IMG/VR virus record: IMGVR_UViG_3300042383_000120
Span: 1,598-65,597 of that record
Strand: one strand, 5' to 3'
Source: a virus
Taxonomy: Duplodnaviria > Caudoviricetes
DNA length: 64,000 nucleotides
Below the pieces are notes generated by a model, which saw nothing but the letters and a program-made list of their open reading frames with translations, was not told where the DNA came from and did no database searches. A program made the position numbers and the translations under genes. Positions within the stretch are counted from its first letter, which is position 1. Every line of letters starts with the position of its first letter. Positions 9,878-20,360 of this stretch are shown piece after piece.

Positions 9878-9906
9878 GGCCCCGGCTTCGTGCCGGGGTC
9901 TTTTTT
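9878..9906 (+). terminator. Rho-independent terminator at the convergence of replication and late operons
   Basis: GGCCCCGGC-TTCGT-GCCGGGGTC followed by T6. Confidence 0.85.
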
Positions 9907-9907
9907 C

Positions 9908-12900
9908 TTAGAAGAGCTGGAAACCTCGGTTGTACATGGCACCCAGATCGGCCAGCCCATCGCGCACTGCCGGGTTCACCGAGATACCACCCTGCATCTG
10001 TTCTGACGTTCTCTGGTGACTACGCAGCGAGTTTTTCAGGAACTCTTGGTCAATGACTGCCTGCGGGAACCGCTCGGCAACGCCCTCGTTGAACGCTTGG
10101 ATTTCCTCCAGTGCATCCTGCACGCCCTGCATGTCGCCTTCGCGTAGAGCGATGTAGTAGAGCTTGGACAGCTGCGACCGCTTATCAGCGACCTTCTTGC
10201 TGATCCGCACCTTGAGCTGGTTGATATCCTGCTGCAGCGTGGCCTTCGTAGGCGCAAAGCCGAGTGCCTGCCCCAAGAGATCGCTGGCCCCCAGATCACC
10301 GACAACCACGTCATTTCTGCGCGTGTCGATGCCGCCCTCGGAGGCGTAGCGCCCGGACTTGATGAAGTTACGCACCCATGCCGGGACCATGTTCTCGATA
10401 CCGCGAACCATCTCGCCGGGACCACCGGTCATCGCGGAGTAAACCTCCGAAATGCCTCGACCCATCTGGGTTGCAGTTGACCATGCCGGACCGCCAAGGT
10501 TGGTGACGAGCGTTTCTTCCGCAGACGGGTCGGTGTTGTAGCGGTTCTCGCGGATCAGGAGCCCGGTCAGGCCGATACGAGACGAGATGTCCATGCCGCT
10601 GAGTTCGGTCAGGAAGCCCTTGTAGACCCCTTCACCGAGGTAGCGACGGGTCAGCATGTCGGCGTCTTCTTCATCGTCGCCGAGGAAGGCGTTGGCCACC
10701 GTCGAGACAAGCCCGTAGAGCGGCACACCAGCGACACCCGCGAGAGCGAAGGACGACAGCTGCAGACCCACAAGCTGCTTGAAGGCCGTGCGGCGGTCCT
10801 CAGGCGTGAAGTCCGGGTCGTTACTGCCGAGCGTGATCTGCTTTGCCAGCTTCATTTGCAGGTAGAACATCGACAGGCCGTAGTTCTTGAACATCAAGGC
10901 TACGCGACCAATGCCCTGCTGTGCAAAGCGCGGGGCCGATGCGAGGGTGGCACCGCCACCCGTTTCAGTTGCCTGATAGACAGCGCGTTCGGCGGCGCGC
11001 ACTCGGCGCTGGTCCTCGGTAAGCCCCCGCTCAGCCTCGGTAGGCTTGTTGCGAAGCCGCTGCAGCTCAAGGTTATAGGCTGCCACGAGCGCCACCTGCC
11101 GGTTGGCCCGTTCGACTTGGTGGAACATCGCACCAGACAGTGCCGCGAAGCGATCACTAAAGCCCCGCGCCCGACCGACGTCCTCGGCACCGATGCTATC
11201 GTAGTAGATCGAGCGGTTCAGCTGGCCGTTCTTTGACGCAACATCGACGAGCGGTGCGAGTTCTTCCAGCTGCTTGCGCAGCGCGGGGTCAATGTCATCG
11301 CGCAGGACGTACTTGTTGTCGTTGTTGAGCACGAAGTAGTTGTCGATGGACGGCATGGCCGTGATCTTGGTGGTGCCCTTGCCCTCGAAGGTGCCGGGTA
11401 GTGCCACTTCTCGCGACAGCCCGCTGTTCATGAACACCTTGTAGGCATTGCCGATGGCCAGAGCCGACGACTTGCTTCCGTAGCGCCCCGATAGGTAGGG
11501 GTACAGCACCACAGGGACGGACGACAAGTTCACCAAAGCCGACGACACGTTGAAGCCGATGGTGAAGGAGAACGCTGCCCGGTTAACAGTCTGCACCGCG
11601 CGCTCGAGCATGTTGTTCGGCGGGTTCGTGGCGAAGTTGGCGCGTGCGACAAGCTCCTCGATCACGGCAACCTTGTTCTGGTCATTCGTGTTCTGAGCCT
11701 GCTGCGCGACACCGTCCGAGACTGCTCTGATCTTGTTGCTAAAGGCGTACCGCACGCCCTGCCGACCGAGGCTGTAACCCTTGAGGCGCAGTGCCTCGAG
11801 TGAGTCCTCGATGTAGCCCTTGGTGTTTTTCCGCTTCTGCAAAGACTTTGCAAACGAGGTTTCAGGCAGGGCGTCTACAAAGAGCCGGGTGATCTCCTGC
11901 TGGATGCTCTGTGCAGTGGCGGCATCGACCCCCGTGTTGGCAAGGTTCGACCGGATGATCGACAGGGTGTCCCGCACAAACAGGGAGTCCGGCGTCCGCC
12001 CACGGTTCACAATGTCGAGAGTCGAGTAGAAGTTGGTGATCGGCTTGCCGTCAGCGCCCTTCACAATACCCGGCATGTTTTCGAGCTCGCGCGCTGCACG
12101 CTCACGGGCCCGAGGGCTCTCGTAAGTTTCTTTTACAGGCTCCGTGGTGCCCGTTTCCGGGTCAAACGCGCTGTACTCCAGCCAGTAGTCCCCAGTACGT
12201 GCCAAGGGGAAGTACGGCTCGATGCGGTTCAGGTCGAAGAACTTGGTGTAGATGCTCTTCTTCACTTCGGCGGCGAGCTCGGGGTTAGCCGACAGGATGA
12301 AGTCGATCTTCCCCTCGAGGGCCTTGCGCAGGCGCTCATACTGCGCCCGATACATCTGACGCATGTTGCTGTAGAGGTCGCGCCCGTCCTTACCGAGAGC
12401 CGCCCAGTCCTTCTGCATCGCGTCGTAGGTGGCCAGCTTTTCCGAGCCAGCGCCGTACTTCTTGATGGCCTTGTCCCGCGACAGACCCGGGTCGACCTGA
12501 TTTACCGTGGAGCGCGTCACGGTGCGATCCAACAGGGGTTTGAGGTTCGGGTTGTTCTTCACCCACTTCTGGGCGATCTGCAGCACGCCATCGACTTCGT
12601 TGTCGGACTTGATAGACGCAGCGTCCATCTGCTGGACCGCGTTTTGCAGGTCAACTGCACCGTCGATGCCCAAACTGCCAGCCACATCAGTGAGGGGCTG
12701 CATGCCCATGAAGCCGAGGACAGTGCGCTTCATACCCCAAGACAGGCCCGCCAGCACGCCAGAGGCGTCGTCGCCAAACTGCTGTGCGAACTCCTTGGTG
12801 CGGCCCGGGAAGGAGCCGTCCACCTGCGCCACGCGGTTGAGGATGGTTGCAGCGCCATCTGGCGTCGAGATTTCGCCAATGCTGACCGGGGAGCCGAGCA

Positions 12901-15900
12901 TCTTGAAGACCATCTGGTCCACGACGTCGAACGTGTTGGCTACGTTCTTGGGCGGCAGGCCGATCAGTCTGCGTACAAAGTTCTGCACCTCGCGCAAGAA
13001 GCTGGCAAACACACCCTTGCCGTCCACAGACAGACCCGAGAGTTCGCGCTGGAAGGTCGGGTTCGAGAACGCGTCGGCCACAAACTCCATGACATTCGAG
13101 CTGCCGTTGCTGGTGGACAGCTTCGGCTTTGCCTGTGCGTAGAGCTTCTCCATGCGCTTGCGGAGCGGCGAGGCCGGGTTCCGCATCTCTCTGATCGTAG
13201 CCGCGTGGGTCATCTCGTGCAGGAGAGTCTCGATGCTGAGACCAACGTCTGCGTCCAGCAAGATTTCACTCGGGACGCCGGGGAAGTCACGCCGATACTG
13301 GCCAGCCAGAGGCACACCGTCGTCATCGACGAGGTTGTTTACAATGCGAACCCCAGTGCCCTGTGCGTACTCTGCGAGAGCGCGGACGATCTGCTTGGTG
13401 CGAGCATTGGGGGCATAGAGTTGCAGGGCGCGCAGCGCCATTTCGAGGTTGCCACGACGCAGCTGGTTGACCACTGCAGGGTGCAGGGGCGTTTCGAGCT
13501 CGAGAACTTCCTCGGGGCGGTTGAAGCGGGTGCCAAGGATTTCGTTGGTGATGAAGTCGATCTGGTCTTCATCCGACATTTTACGCATGCCGACAGCACG
13601 ACGCTGGATCGGTGCCTTGGTCTCTTGGACTGCGCCGAGCAGCGCGTCGAGTCCCTGCCTGCGCCCGCGTGCCGCGTCGGCGAGGGCCTTCACCTCTGCC
13701 CGCTTTGCAGCATTTTCCTTGGCCTGCGCGTCAAGTTCGCGCTCAAACTCCTGCCGCTCGTCAAGAGACGCACTGCGACCGCCGATGGCGGTGGACCCGG
13801 AAAGAGAAGAGCTCGCCCGCATCGGGACTTTCGCTTCTTCCGCCTTCTTATATCTGCGCTGGAGGTCCCGCACCTTGGCTTGCGCCTGCGGAGACATGTT
13901 GGCCTCCACCCACGCAAGGGCCTGCTTAGCGCGCTCCGCGCTCATACCCGTGAAGAACTCTTTTTCGACCGGGTTGATCGTCTCGTCCCCGGCGGGGAGC
14001 ATGCCTTCTTCTTTCAGAAGAATCTTCTCGCCCTTGAACCGTTGATTTTTCAAGGTGGCATCGGCAACGATGTACTCGAGCGCGTCGATGGGGCGCTTGA
14101 AGCGGGAGAAGTACTCCTGTGCATTCTCTGCTGGCGCTGACCCCGCCTTGCCCTTTCTGACGGCACCGGGCTGGAACAAGCCCATAATCTTCCGCTTGTC
14201 CTCCGACGTAGTCGGGTCATCCGCGACCACGGCGTCGGGGACGGAGTATTCTTCGACGAGCGAAGCCAGTTCTGGCTTACCTGCGAAACGGGCCTGCCAC
14301 GCATTGTTCAGCTCGGTCTGCGCAGCCGAATTGGCCGCGATCTCGCGGATTTCGCGAGAAGGCTCGAGCTGCTTTTCAGCTTCACGTAGCTGTATCTCTG
14401 TAGGAGCTCCGGTCAGCACCGTACCGACAGGGGTAGGTTTCGCTCCGGGGATCAAGCGGGTCGGTGCATAAACGTCCGAGGACTCCATGCGTGGGGCCCC
14501 CGTAGGCTGCAATGTGCGCGGATCGACTGGCGTGATCGTACCCGGAATCAGCTGTCGGGCAGCGCCCGTCCCAGCGTCGTAGGGCGGCGTAAAGTCAAGC
14601 GCCAACTGCTGCTCCGCAGACGGCTCGGCGTCGCGCATTATCTGCTCGACACTGCGCACGGGGACTCTAGGGGCCTGTGTGGTGGGCAACGCCCCAAAGA
14701 GGTTGAGCTGTTCTTCCTCAGTCAGTGCAGGACGCTCTGCTCCCGCTGCTGTATCAGTACCCACAGGCACCGACAAATCTCCTCCCAGTCCTCCGCCTGC
14801 AGGTGCTGCAGGCTCTTGGGTGGGCTGAGCGTCGCCAGCGGGCTGTCCGCGTCCCTCCACGCCTTGTCCACCACTCGGAACGCTAACTCCCACTTCTTCT
14901 GGCTTAGTCTCTGCAGCCGTGGTGACATTTGCGGCCTCCGTCTCAGCGGGTTTCGCTTTTTGCATACGCAGCCTGACCTCATCAGGGCCAAGCGCGAGGA
15001 GATCGTTTACTTTGGCATTTGCGACTGCTGGGACGGAAAGGTCTTCGGGGGCAAGAAGTCCAGCGGCTACAAGACGCTGTGCTCCATTTTTGCTCACTAA
15101 CTGATTGCTACCTTCAAGCTGCTTAACCCGCGCCCGCCGCAGCGTGTCGAGTACTGCGGCGTTTGCTTCCGCCACAGTACGGTATTTTGGTGCAGGTACA
15201 GCTACCGGCGGCGGGGCATCTACCGTGGGTATATCCGCTTTAGCAGCGGCCTCGTTTGTGACGGGTACCGCCGCTTCGGGTACTGCGGTCACCGTGGCTT
15301 TCGGCACGGTAGTGGGTTTGGTCTTGATGGTGGGCGCAGCTACGGCGGCGGGCGGCGTGGCCGCTCCGAGGTCAAGTGAGAGTTGTTCTTCCTCAAGGGC
15401 GGGTTCCGCCTTAGCTGGCAGCACTGAGCCTTCGGCTGCAGGTGCAGTGGGAAGGAACAGCTCGCCTTGCTCCTGCCCTTCCGCAAAGCCCGGACGCGTA
15501 GACGGCGTTAGGGGCAGCTCCAGCTGGGTTTGTAGATCAGCGGGGTCAATCGGAGCCGCAGGCGGCTCAGTATCTTCCTGCGGAGCAGGCGGGGTAGCAG
15601 TACGTCTACCCCCCGGTAGCAGGTCGAGCAGGCCCTTTACAAAAGCACCGACACCTGCGCCGTAGCCAAACGCTTCACCCGTACCCACAAACGTGCCCTG
15701 ATCGGGGTCATAGATACCCTGCTGGATTAGGTTTTGCGCAATGTTTTCTGCGACTTCCGTCGCGCCTTCTACACCACCCTCAGTGGCGGCACGCCGCAAA
15801 CGGTCCACAATTTTTAACGTCGTTGGTTCCCCGAGCGCACGCGTTAGCCGCAGGGGGACGATAGCCCCGAGCAAACCAACACCGGCACCGGCAGCGCCTG

Positions 15901-16450
15901 CAGCCCGCTGCTCTTCAATAGTAGCGCCCTCGGCAATAGCCCGTTCGGTAGCCTCCCCGGCCCCCATGGCGCTTGACAATGCCAATACCGCATTCGGGTT
16001 ACGCGTTATAGCGGCAGTTGCAAGCAGAGGGGCAAACGAGCCAAGGGCTTCGCCAGCGGTACCACCAACTGTTTCTTCCATACCCACGTCAGCCTGCGGC
16101 TTGAGCCCATAGGCAATACTGCGGATTCCCTCGCGATAGGGGTCCCTGATCGGAACACCAAAAACGCTCTCCGGCAGATACGGTGTAGCGGCTAGGGCTG
16201 CGGTTTCTATTCCCCCGACAGCGCCACGAGCGATGCCCTTGGGGATTTCTCCGAGGTAGTTAAGGACGCCCTCACCTTCATTGGTCAGTGCCTGCCCGTA
16301 CCGAGCCTCGTAGTCCTTGGCGAAGGAAAACTCGCGGTCCCGCAGGACTTGGTCAATGCGAATTTGTTCGTCAACCGTGGGTTCATCACCGCTAATAGTG
16401 AAACGATAGGGGCGGTTACTAAACTCCCCGCGCTTGACGATCTCGGCCAT
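9908..16450 (-). CDS. Giant internal virion/ejection protein (large polyvalent-like) with zincin metallopeptidase motif
   Basis: 2180 aa, last gene of the late operon; Gly/Ala-rich hydrophobic N-terminal helices, Pro-rich linker, LLHEMTH...EF HExxH motif. Confidence 0.75.
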   Translation of the reverse strand: MAEIVKRGEFSNRPYRFTISGDEPTVDEQIRIDQVLRDREFSFAKDYEARYGQALTNEGEGVLNYLGEIPKGIARGAVGGIETAALAATPYLPESVFGVPIRDPYREGIRSIAYGLKPQADVGMEETVGGTAGEALGSFAPLLATAAITRNPNAVLALSSAMGAGEATERAIAEGATIEEQRAAGAAGAGVGLLGAIVPLRLTRALGEPTTLKIVDRLRRAATEGGVEGATEVAENIAQNLIQQGIYDPDQGTFVGTGEAFGYGAGVGAFVKGLLDLLPGGRRTATPPAPQEDTEPPAAPIDPADLQTQLELPLTPSTRPGFAEGQEQGELFLPTAPAAEGSVLPAKAEPALEEEQLSLDLGAATPPAAVAAPTIKTKPTTVPKATVTAVPEAAVPVTNEAAAKADIPTVDAPPPVAVPAPKYRTVAEANAAVLDTLRRARVKQLEGSNQLVSKNGAQRLVAAGLLAPEDLSVPAVANAKVNDLLALGPDEVRLRMQKAKPAETEAANVTTAAETKPEEVGVSVPSGGQGVEGRGQPAGDAQPTQEPAAPAGGGLGGDLSVPVGTDTAAGAERPALTEEEQLNLFGALPTTQAPRVPVRSVEQIMRDAEPSAEQQLALDFTPPYDAGTGAARQLIPGTITPVDPRTLQPTGAPRMESSDVYAPTRLIPGAKPTPVGTVLTGAPTEIQLREAEKQLEPSREIREIAANSAAQTELNNAWQARFAGKPELASLVEEYSVPDAVVADDPTTSEDKRKIMGLFQPGAVRKGKAGSAPAENAQEYFSRFKRPIDALEYIVADATLKNQRFKGEKILLKEEGMLPAGDETINPVEKEFFTGMSAERAKQALAWVEANMSPQAQAKVRDLQRRYKKAEEAKVPMRASSSLSGSTAIGGRSASLDERQEFERELDAQAKENAAKRAEVKALADAARGRRQGLDALLGAVQETKAPIQRRAVGMRKMSDEDQIDFITNEILGTRFNRPEEVLELETPLHPAVVNQLRRGNLEMALRALQLYAPNARTKQIVRALAEYAQGTGVRIVNNLVDDDGVPLAGQYRRDFPGVPSEILLDADVGLSIETLLHEMTHAATIREMRNPASPLRKRMEKLYAQAKPKLSTSNGSSNVMEFVADAFSNPTFQRELSGLSVDGKGVFASFLREVQNFVRRLIGLPPKNVANTFDVVDQMVFKMLGSPVSIGEISTPDGAATILNRVAQVDGSFPGRTKEFAQQFGDDASGVLAGLSWGMKRTVLGFMGMQPLTDVAGSLGIDGAVDLQNAVQQMDAASIKSDNEVDGVLQIAQKWVKNNPNLKPLLDRTVTRSTVNQVDPGLSRDKAIKKYGAGSEKLATYDAMQKDWAALGKDGRDLYSNMRQMYRAQYERLRKALEGKIDFILSANPELAAEVKKSIYTKFFDLNRIEPYFPLARTGDYWLEYSAFDPETGTTEPVKETYESPRARERAARELENMPGIVKGADGKPITNFYSTLDIVNRGRTPDSLFVRDTLSIIRSNLANTGVDAATAQSIQQEITRLFVDALPETSFAKSLQKRKNTKGYIEDSLEALRLKGYSLGRQGVRYAFSNKIRAVSDGVAQQAQNTNDQNKVAVIEELVARANFATNPPNNMLERAVQTVNRAAFSFTIGFNVSSALVNLSSVPVVLYPYLSGRYGSKSSALAIGNAYKVFMNSGLSREVALPGTFEGKGTTKITAMPSIDNYFVLNNDNKYVLRDDIDPALRKQLEELAPLVDVASKNGQLNRSIYYDSIGAEDVGRARGFSDRFAALSGAMFHQVERANRQVALVAAYNLELQRLRNKPTEAERGLTEDQRRVRAAERAVYQATETGGGATLASAPRFAQQGIGRVALMFKNYGLSMFYLQMKLAKQITLGSNDPDFTPEDRRTAFKQLVGLQLSSFALAGVAGVPLYGLVSTVANAFLGDDEEDADMLTRRYLGEGVYKGFLTELSGMDISSRIGLTGLLIRENRYNTDPSAEETLVTNLGGPAWSTATQMGRGISEVYSAMTGGPGEMVRGIENMVPAWVRNFIKSGRYASEGGIDTRRNDVVVGDLGASDLLGQALGFAPTKATLQQDINQLKVRISKKVADKRSQLSKLYYIALREGDMQGVQDALEEIQAFNEGVAERFPQAVIDQEFLKNSLRSHQRTSEQMQGGISVNPAVRDGLADLGAMYNRGFQLF

Positions 16451-16461
16451 GTTGTACCCCG

Positions 16462-18132
16462 TTACGTTTTTGTGCGGACGTCAATGGCCTCGCCAGACTC
16501 CGCTTCGGCACCACCACCATACAGGTCGTTTTCGATTGCGGCAATCTGCGCTTTGGTGCGTTCGTAGTCGCCAACACTCTGCGGGAGCGGGACCCCGGTC
16601 GGGGCAAGGGCACCAAGACGATCATACAAGGTACCCAGCATGGAGATCGCGTCCTGCCGAGCATAGCGCCCGAGTGTTGCTTCCTGATAAGCCGTAAGCC
16701 CGCCACCGCCACCTGCCGCTGCCTTAGCACGCGCTGCACGGGACTGCTCAAGGGCACCGAGAAGCTCAAGACGGTCTTTGTCGTACTGATCTCGTGCACC
16801 GCGCACCGCTTCGACGCCCTTGAGCCCAGCTTCGCCGAGAGCACCGCCGAGCGTCGGTTGCGTGGACGACATGAGGTTCAAGCCGACTTGGGCTAGAGCC
16901 AACCACTTGTCCTGCTCAGCGGCCTTCTCACGACGTCCGAGAGCGTCCATAAGCTCTTGCTCATAGGACGACATACCGCCAACCCCACCGGCTCCACCGA
17001 CTCCGCCAGAGGGGGTTTGTGCTGCAGCTGCAGCATCGGCAGCCGCTTTTTCTTCGGTGGCTTTTTCCACCTTGGCTTTTTCTGCCGCAATGCCTCCACC
17101 CTGCTGATCGCGGTCTGCGCGGCTAGGAGCCGGAGGTTCAGCCGCCGGTGTTCTGGAGGTCTCAACGCCAATTCTTTCCAGCGCGGGGGCACCGAAGATG
17201 CGCTCCATGACACCGGGAGAGACAGTATTAGGATCATAGGACTCCGTGCCGAACTGCTCAGCAAACTCAGTCGGCGCTTGCTCTGGAGCCGGGACAGGCG
17301 GCGTAGCGGGAACGTCCGTGACGCCGAAGTCCTCGGCGAGCCCGCCGGGTGGAGACATCCGATTCCCACTGCGCATACGCTCAAGGAACGTCGGCGTGGT
17401 CCCAGCCTCGGGGGCGACGTCACGAGAACGCAGATAGAAAGGGGCACCGGGCATCTCGGGTGCAGCAGCAATGGCGGGGAGTCCAGCCGGAGGCGCACCG
17501 ATGGTCTGTGCCGGGGTCGACGGTATAGTCGGCATGCCAATGGCGGCGGGGGCCACGAGCGGGCGCGATGCACCAAACGCAAGCTGATCCTCTTGGAACC
17601 GACGATCCAGATCGGCCTGTGACGGGAAGGTCGCTCCGTCACCAACAGGCTCCATAGACATCATGCGGTTACGGGCTGCACGCTGCTCTGCACCTGCTTC
17701 AATCCGCGCAGCCTCTTCTTCGCCGAGGGCTTCAAGGTACTGACCCACACTCATACCAGCACGGTTCGCCATAGCGATCACAGCCGGGTCGGTCTCAGCC
17801 TTACCGCCGACCTTCATCTTCTTCACGGGTCCGCCAGCGTACATAGCCTGCACGCCTGTGTTCTGGGTCATGTCGGTGCTGGGTGCCATAGCCCGAGCCA
17901 TATCGGCGATGCCGCCTTGCGGCACACCTGCGGCTGCCACGGCCTCTTGTGCTACCGTGCCGCCGTCGTCCTTAGACTGCTGTGCAGTAAAGTCCTTCTG
18001 CATTTTCTGGCGGCGCATGATCTCCCCAAGGACGAGGAACTGCGGCGCGTTACCAGATGGTGACTGCATCTCCCGCACGAGCTGGTCCTGCGAGAAGTTT
18101 TTCAGCTGGTCTTGGAGTTGGACGATGTTCAT
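16462..18132 (-). CDS. Putative internal virion/ejection protein
   Basis: Position in the ejection-gene cluster; low-complexity Ala/Pro/Gln with a C-terminal Gly-rich amphipathic helix. Confidence 0.65.
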   Translation of the reverse strand: MNIVQLQDQLKNFSQDQLVREMQSPSGNAPQFLVLGEIMRRQKMQKDFTAQQSKDDGGTVAQEAVAAAGVPQGGIADMARAMAPSTDMTQNTGVQAMYAGGPVKKMKVGGKAETDPAVIAMANRAGMSVGQYLEALGEEEAARIEAGAEQRAARNRMMSMEPVGDGATFPSQADLDRRFQEDQLAFGASRPLVAPAAIGMPTIPSTPAQTIGAPPAGLPAIAAAPEMPGAPFYLRSRDVAPEAGTTPTFLERMRSGNRMSPPGGLAEDFGVTDVPATPPVPAPEQAPTEFAEQFGTESYDPNTVSPGVMERIFGAPALERIGVETSRTPAAEPPAPSRADRDQQGGGIAAEKAKVEKATEEKAAADAAAAAQTPSGGVGGAGGVGGMSSYEQELMDALGRREKAAEQDKWLALAQVGLNLMSSTQPTLGGALGEAGLKGVEAVRGARDQYDKDRLELLGALEQSRAARAKAAAGGGGGLTAYQEATLGRYARQDAISMLGTLYDRLGALAPTGVPLPQSVGDYERTKAQIAAIENDLYGGGAEAESGEAIDVRTKT

Positions 18133-20360
18133 TACTGGAATGCCCTATAGAGAGACAAGCCGGAGAGTCCGGCACCAAGCGCTTGCTGGAGCGGGTTAGT
18201 GTAGACCGAATTGGTCTGCGTTTGAGTGCTTGCGTTTGCCACCGGCAGGCCCCGAAGAATGTCCGAGTAGAACCCGAGCTGCTCTTCTGGGTACCCCTGC
18301 TGCCGCAAGAAGTCTTGGTAGCCGATATCAAGTCCGGCCTGAGCCTCGCCCTGCTGTGAACGACCGATAGACTCCAGCATCTGAGCATTCTGAATCTGCG
18401 CTGCGCGTTCCTGCTCGCTGAGACCCGCAAGTTGGCCAGCCTGCCGCGCCTGCAGCTCGAGGGCGCTGAGACCAAACTGGTTAGACGCAAGGTTCTCCGC
18501 GGCCTGTGCACCTTGGGTCCGTGCGAGCTCCGAGGCCTGCCCAGCTTGGATGCGGGCGGCTTCGTCGATGCTGATGCCTTGGGTCCGAGCCAGCTCTGCG
18601 GCCCGTGCCTGCTGCACCCTTGCGGCTTCGTCGACGCTGATGCCCTGAGTCCGTGCGAGTTCTGCGGCCTGCGACTGCTGGACGCGAGCAAACTCCTCCT
18701 GCGACATGCTCTGCACGCGAGCCGCCTCGGCAGCGCGAGCCTGCTGTACCCTTGCGGCTTCGTCGATACCGATACCCTGCGTGCGAGCAAGTTCCGCAGC
18801 GCGAGCGGCCTGTGTACGTGCGGCTTCGTCTTGCGACATGCCCTGAACACGAGCTTCTTCTGCAGCTTGCGCCGCTTGGATACGGGAGGCCTCGTCGATA
18901 CTGATACCCTGCGTGCGGGCAAGCTCCGCCGCCTGCGCCTGCTGGACGCGCGAGGCCTCTTCGACGCTGATGCCTTGGGTCCGGGCCAATTCGGCAGCGC
19001 GAGCCTGTTGTACGCGAGCCGCCTCCTCGATGCCGATACCCTGAGCCCGGGCAAGTTCGCCAGCTTGGGCTCCCTGCACGCGAGCCGCTTCCTCTTGAGA
19101 CATACCCTGTACGCGCGCGGCCTCGGTAGCGCGAGCCTGCTGAATACGCGCAGCTTCTTCGATGCCAATGCCCTGCGTGCGAGCGAGTTCGGCGGCGCGT
19201 GCCGACTGAACGCGGGCGGCTTCCTCTTGGGACATACCCTGCGTGCGGGCAAGTTCTGCGGCACGGGCAGCTTGAACTCTTGCGGCTTCACCAGCCAAAC
19301 CGGACTGGACGCGGGCACCTTCACCAGCCTGCGCACGCTCCGTCTCCATCCGAGCCGCGCGATCTGCTTCGAACAGGCGCTGAGCGTCGCCGTAGGCAGT
19401 AGATAGCCCACGGGCTTGGATATCACCCTGCCGCTGCAGCAAGTCTCGTTCGGCAAGACCCTCCTGCACCGCTGCACGGGAACCACCAAAAGCTCCGGCA
19501 GACACAGCGCGTGAGCTGCGCCCCTGCCGAGCAATGTCGTAGTCTTCTTGCGCCTGCTGTTTCTGGATATCGACCACGTTCTGCAGGTACGGGTCCATGT
19601 ACTGGGCTACCGAAGCCCCAGTGAACTCGCCTGCCGGGCCGAAACCGAACTGCTGGTATCCTGCCTCGGAAAAGTCAGAAAACGGCTGCGCTTGCGTCTC
19701 GCGGAAATCGGCGAAGGGCGTTGCCTGTCCTGCCTGAAAGTCTGAGAACTCCCGCCCCTGCGTTTCGCGGAAATCGGCGAACGGGGTAGCCTGTCCTGCC
19801 TGAAACTCCGCAAACGGGGACACGTTGGTAGCACGGAAATCGGCGAAGGGCGAAGCCTGCCCAGCTTGGAACCCGCCAAATGCTCGACCCTCTGTCTGCT
19901 GGAAATCGGCAAACGGGGAAGCTGCGCCTTCTCGGAACCCGCCAAACTCAGTGCCTTGCGTAGTCGAGAACCCTGCATATGGGGAAACCTGCGAGGTGGC
20001 AAAGTCGGCGAAGGGGGTGGCCTGCCCAGCTTGGAAACCACCATACTGGGAGAACTGATAGGGCTGCTGCAACGAGGCTAGGCCTGCGGCCCCGCTCGCC
20101 ACGTTGCGCGTTATGTTCTGCGCTTCGGTAATACCGGGGGTACCAGCAGCGGCAAGGTTACGCGTGGCCTCTCGCGAGGCGGTAATATCTCCGAACTGAT
20201 CGGCGGTCGCCAAGCGGTCGCCGCCGGTATACTCCTGATAGTCCTGCAGAGACTGCTCCTCGACACGCCCCATGAGGCGCTCGAAGTAGGGCATGAACTC
20301 TTCGGGGATGTTCGTTTGCGTAACTGTCTGATTAGTAGGTGCGCTGCTGCCCTTACCCAT
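18132..20360 (-). CDS. Putative DNA ejection/pilot protein with 11- and 22-aa repeats
   Basis: YMDPYLQNV and AGAFGGSR motifs of podoviral ejection proteins; long tandem repeats. Confidence 0.7.
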   Translation of the reverse strand: MGKGSSAPTNQTVTQTNIPEEFMPYFERLMGRVEEQSLQDYQEYTGGDRLATADQFGDITASREATRNLAAAGTPGITEAQNITRNVASGAAGLASLQQPYQFSQYGGFQAGQATPFADFATSQVSPYAGFSTTQGTEFGGFREGAASPFADFQQTEGRAFGGFQAGQASPFADFRATNVSPFAEFQAGQATPFADFRETQGREFSDFQAGQATPFADFRETQAQPFSDFSEAGYQQFGFGPAGEFTGASVAQYMDPYLQNVVDIQKQQAQEDYDIARQGRSSRAVSAGAFGGSRAAVQEGLAERDLLQRQGDIQARGLSTAYGDAQRLFEADRAARMETERAQAGEGARVQSGLAGEAARVQAARAAELARTQGMSQEEAARVQSARAAELARTQGIGIEEAARIQQARATEAARVQGMSQEEAARVQGAQAGELARAQGIGIEEAARVQQARAAELARTQGISVEEASRVQQAQAAELARTQGISIDEASRIQAAQAAEEARVQGMSQDEAARTQAARAAELARTQGIGIDEAARVQQARAAEAARVQSMSQEEFARVQQSQAAELARTQGISVDEAARVQQARAAELARTQGISIDEAARIQAGQASELARTQGAQAAENLASNQFGLSALELQARQAGQLAGLSEQERAAQIQNAQMLESIGRSQQGEAQAGLDIGYQDFLRQQGYPEEQLGFYSDILRGLPVANASTQTQTNSVYTNPLQQALGAGLSGLSLYRAFQ
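18500..19330 (-). repeat. Coding tandem repeat, 66-bp unit (AAELARTQGISIDEAARVQQAR), about 11-12 copies
   Basis: Visible in both translation and DNA. Confidence 0.85.
19640..20050 (-). repeat. Coding tandem repeat, 33-bp unit (QAGQATPFADF), about 11-12 copies
   Basis: Visible in translation; recurring GAAATCGGCGAA in DNA. Confidence 0.8.

Noticed and set aside
12644-14140. Long antisense and alternate-frame ORFs (e.g. 12644-14140 +, 18050-19534 -, 42600-43841 +, 46525-47784 +, 55216-56184 -)
   Set aside because: Shadow ORFs expected in GC-rich, codon-biased genes; no recognisable motifs and fully overlapping well-supported genes
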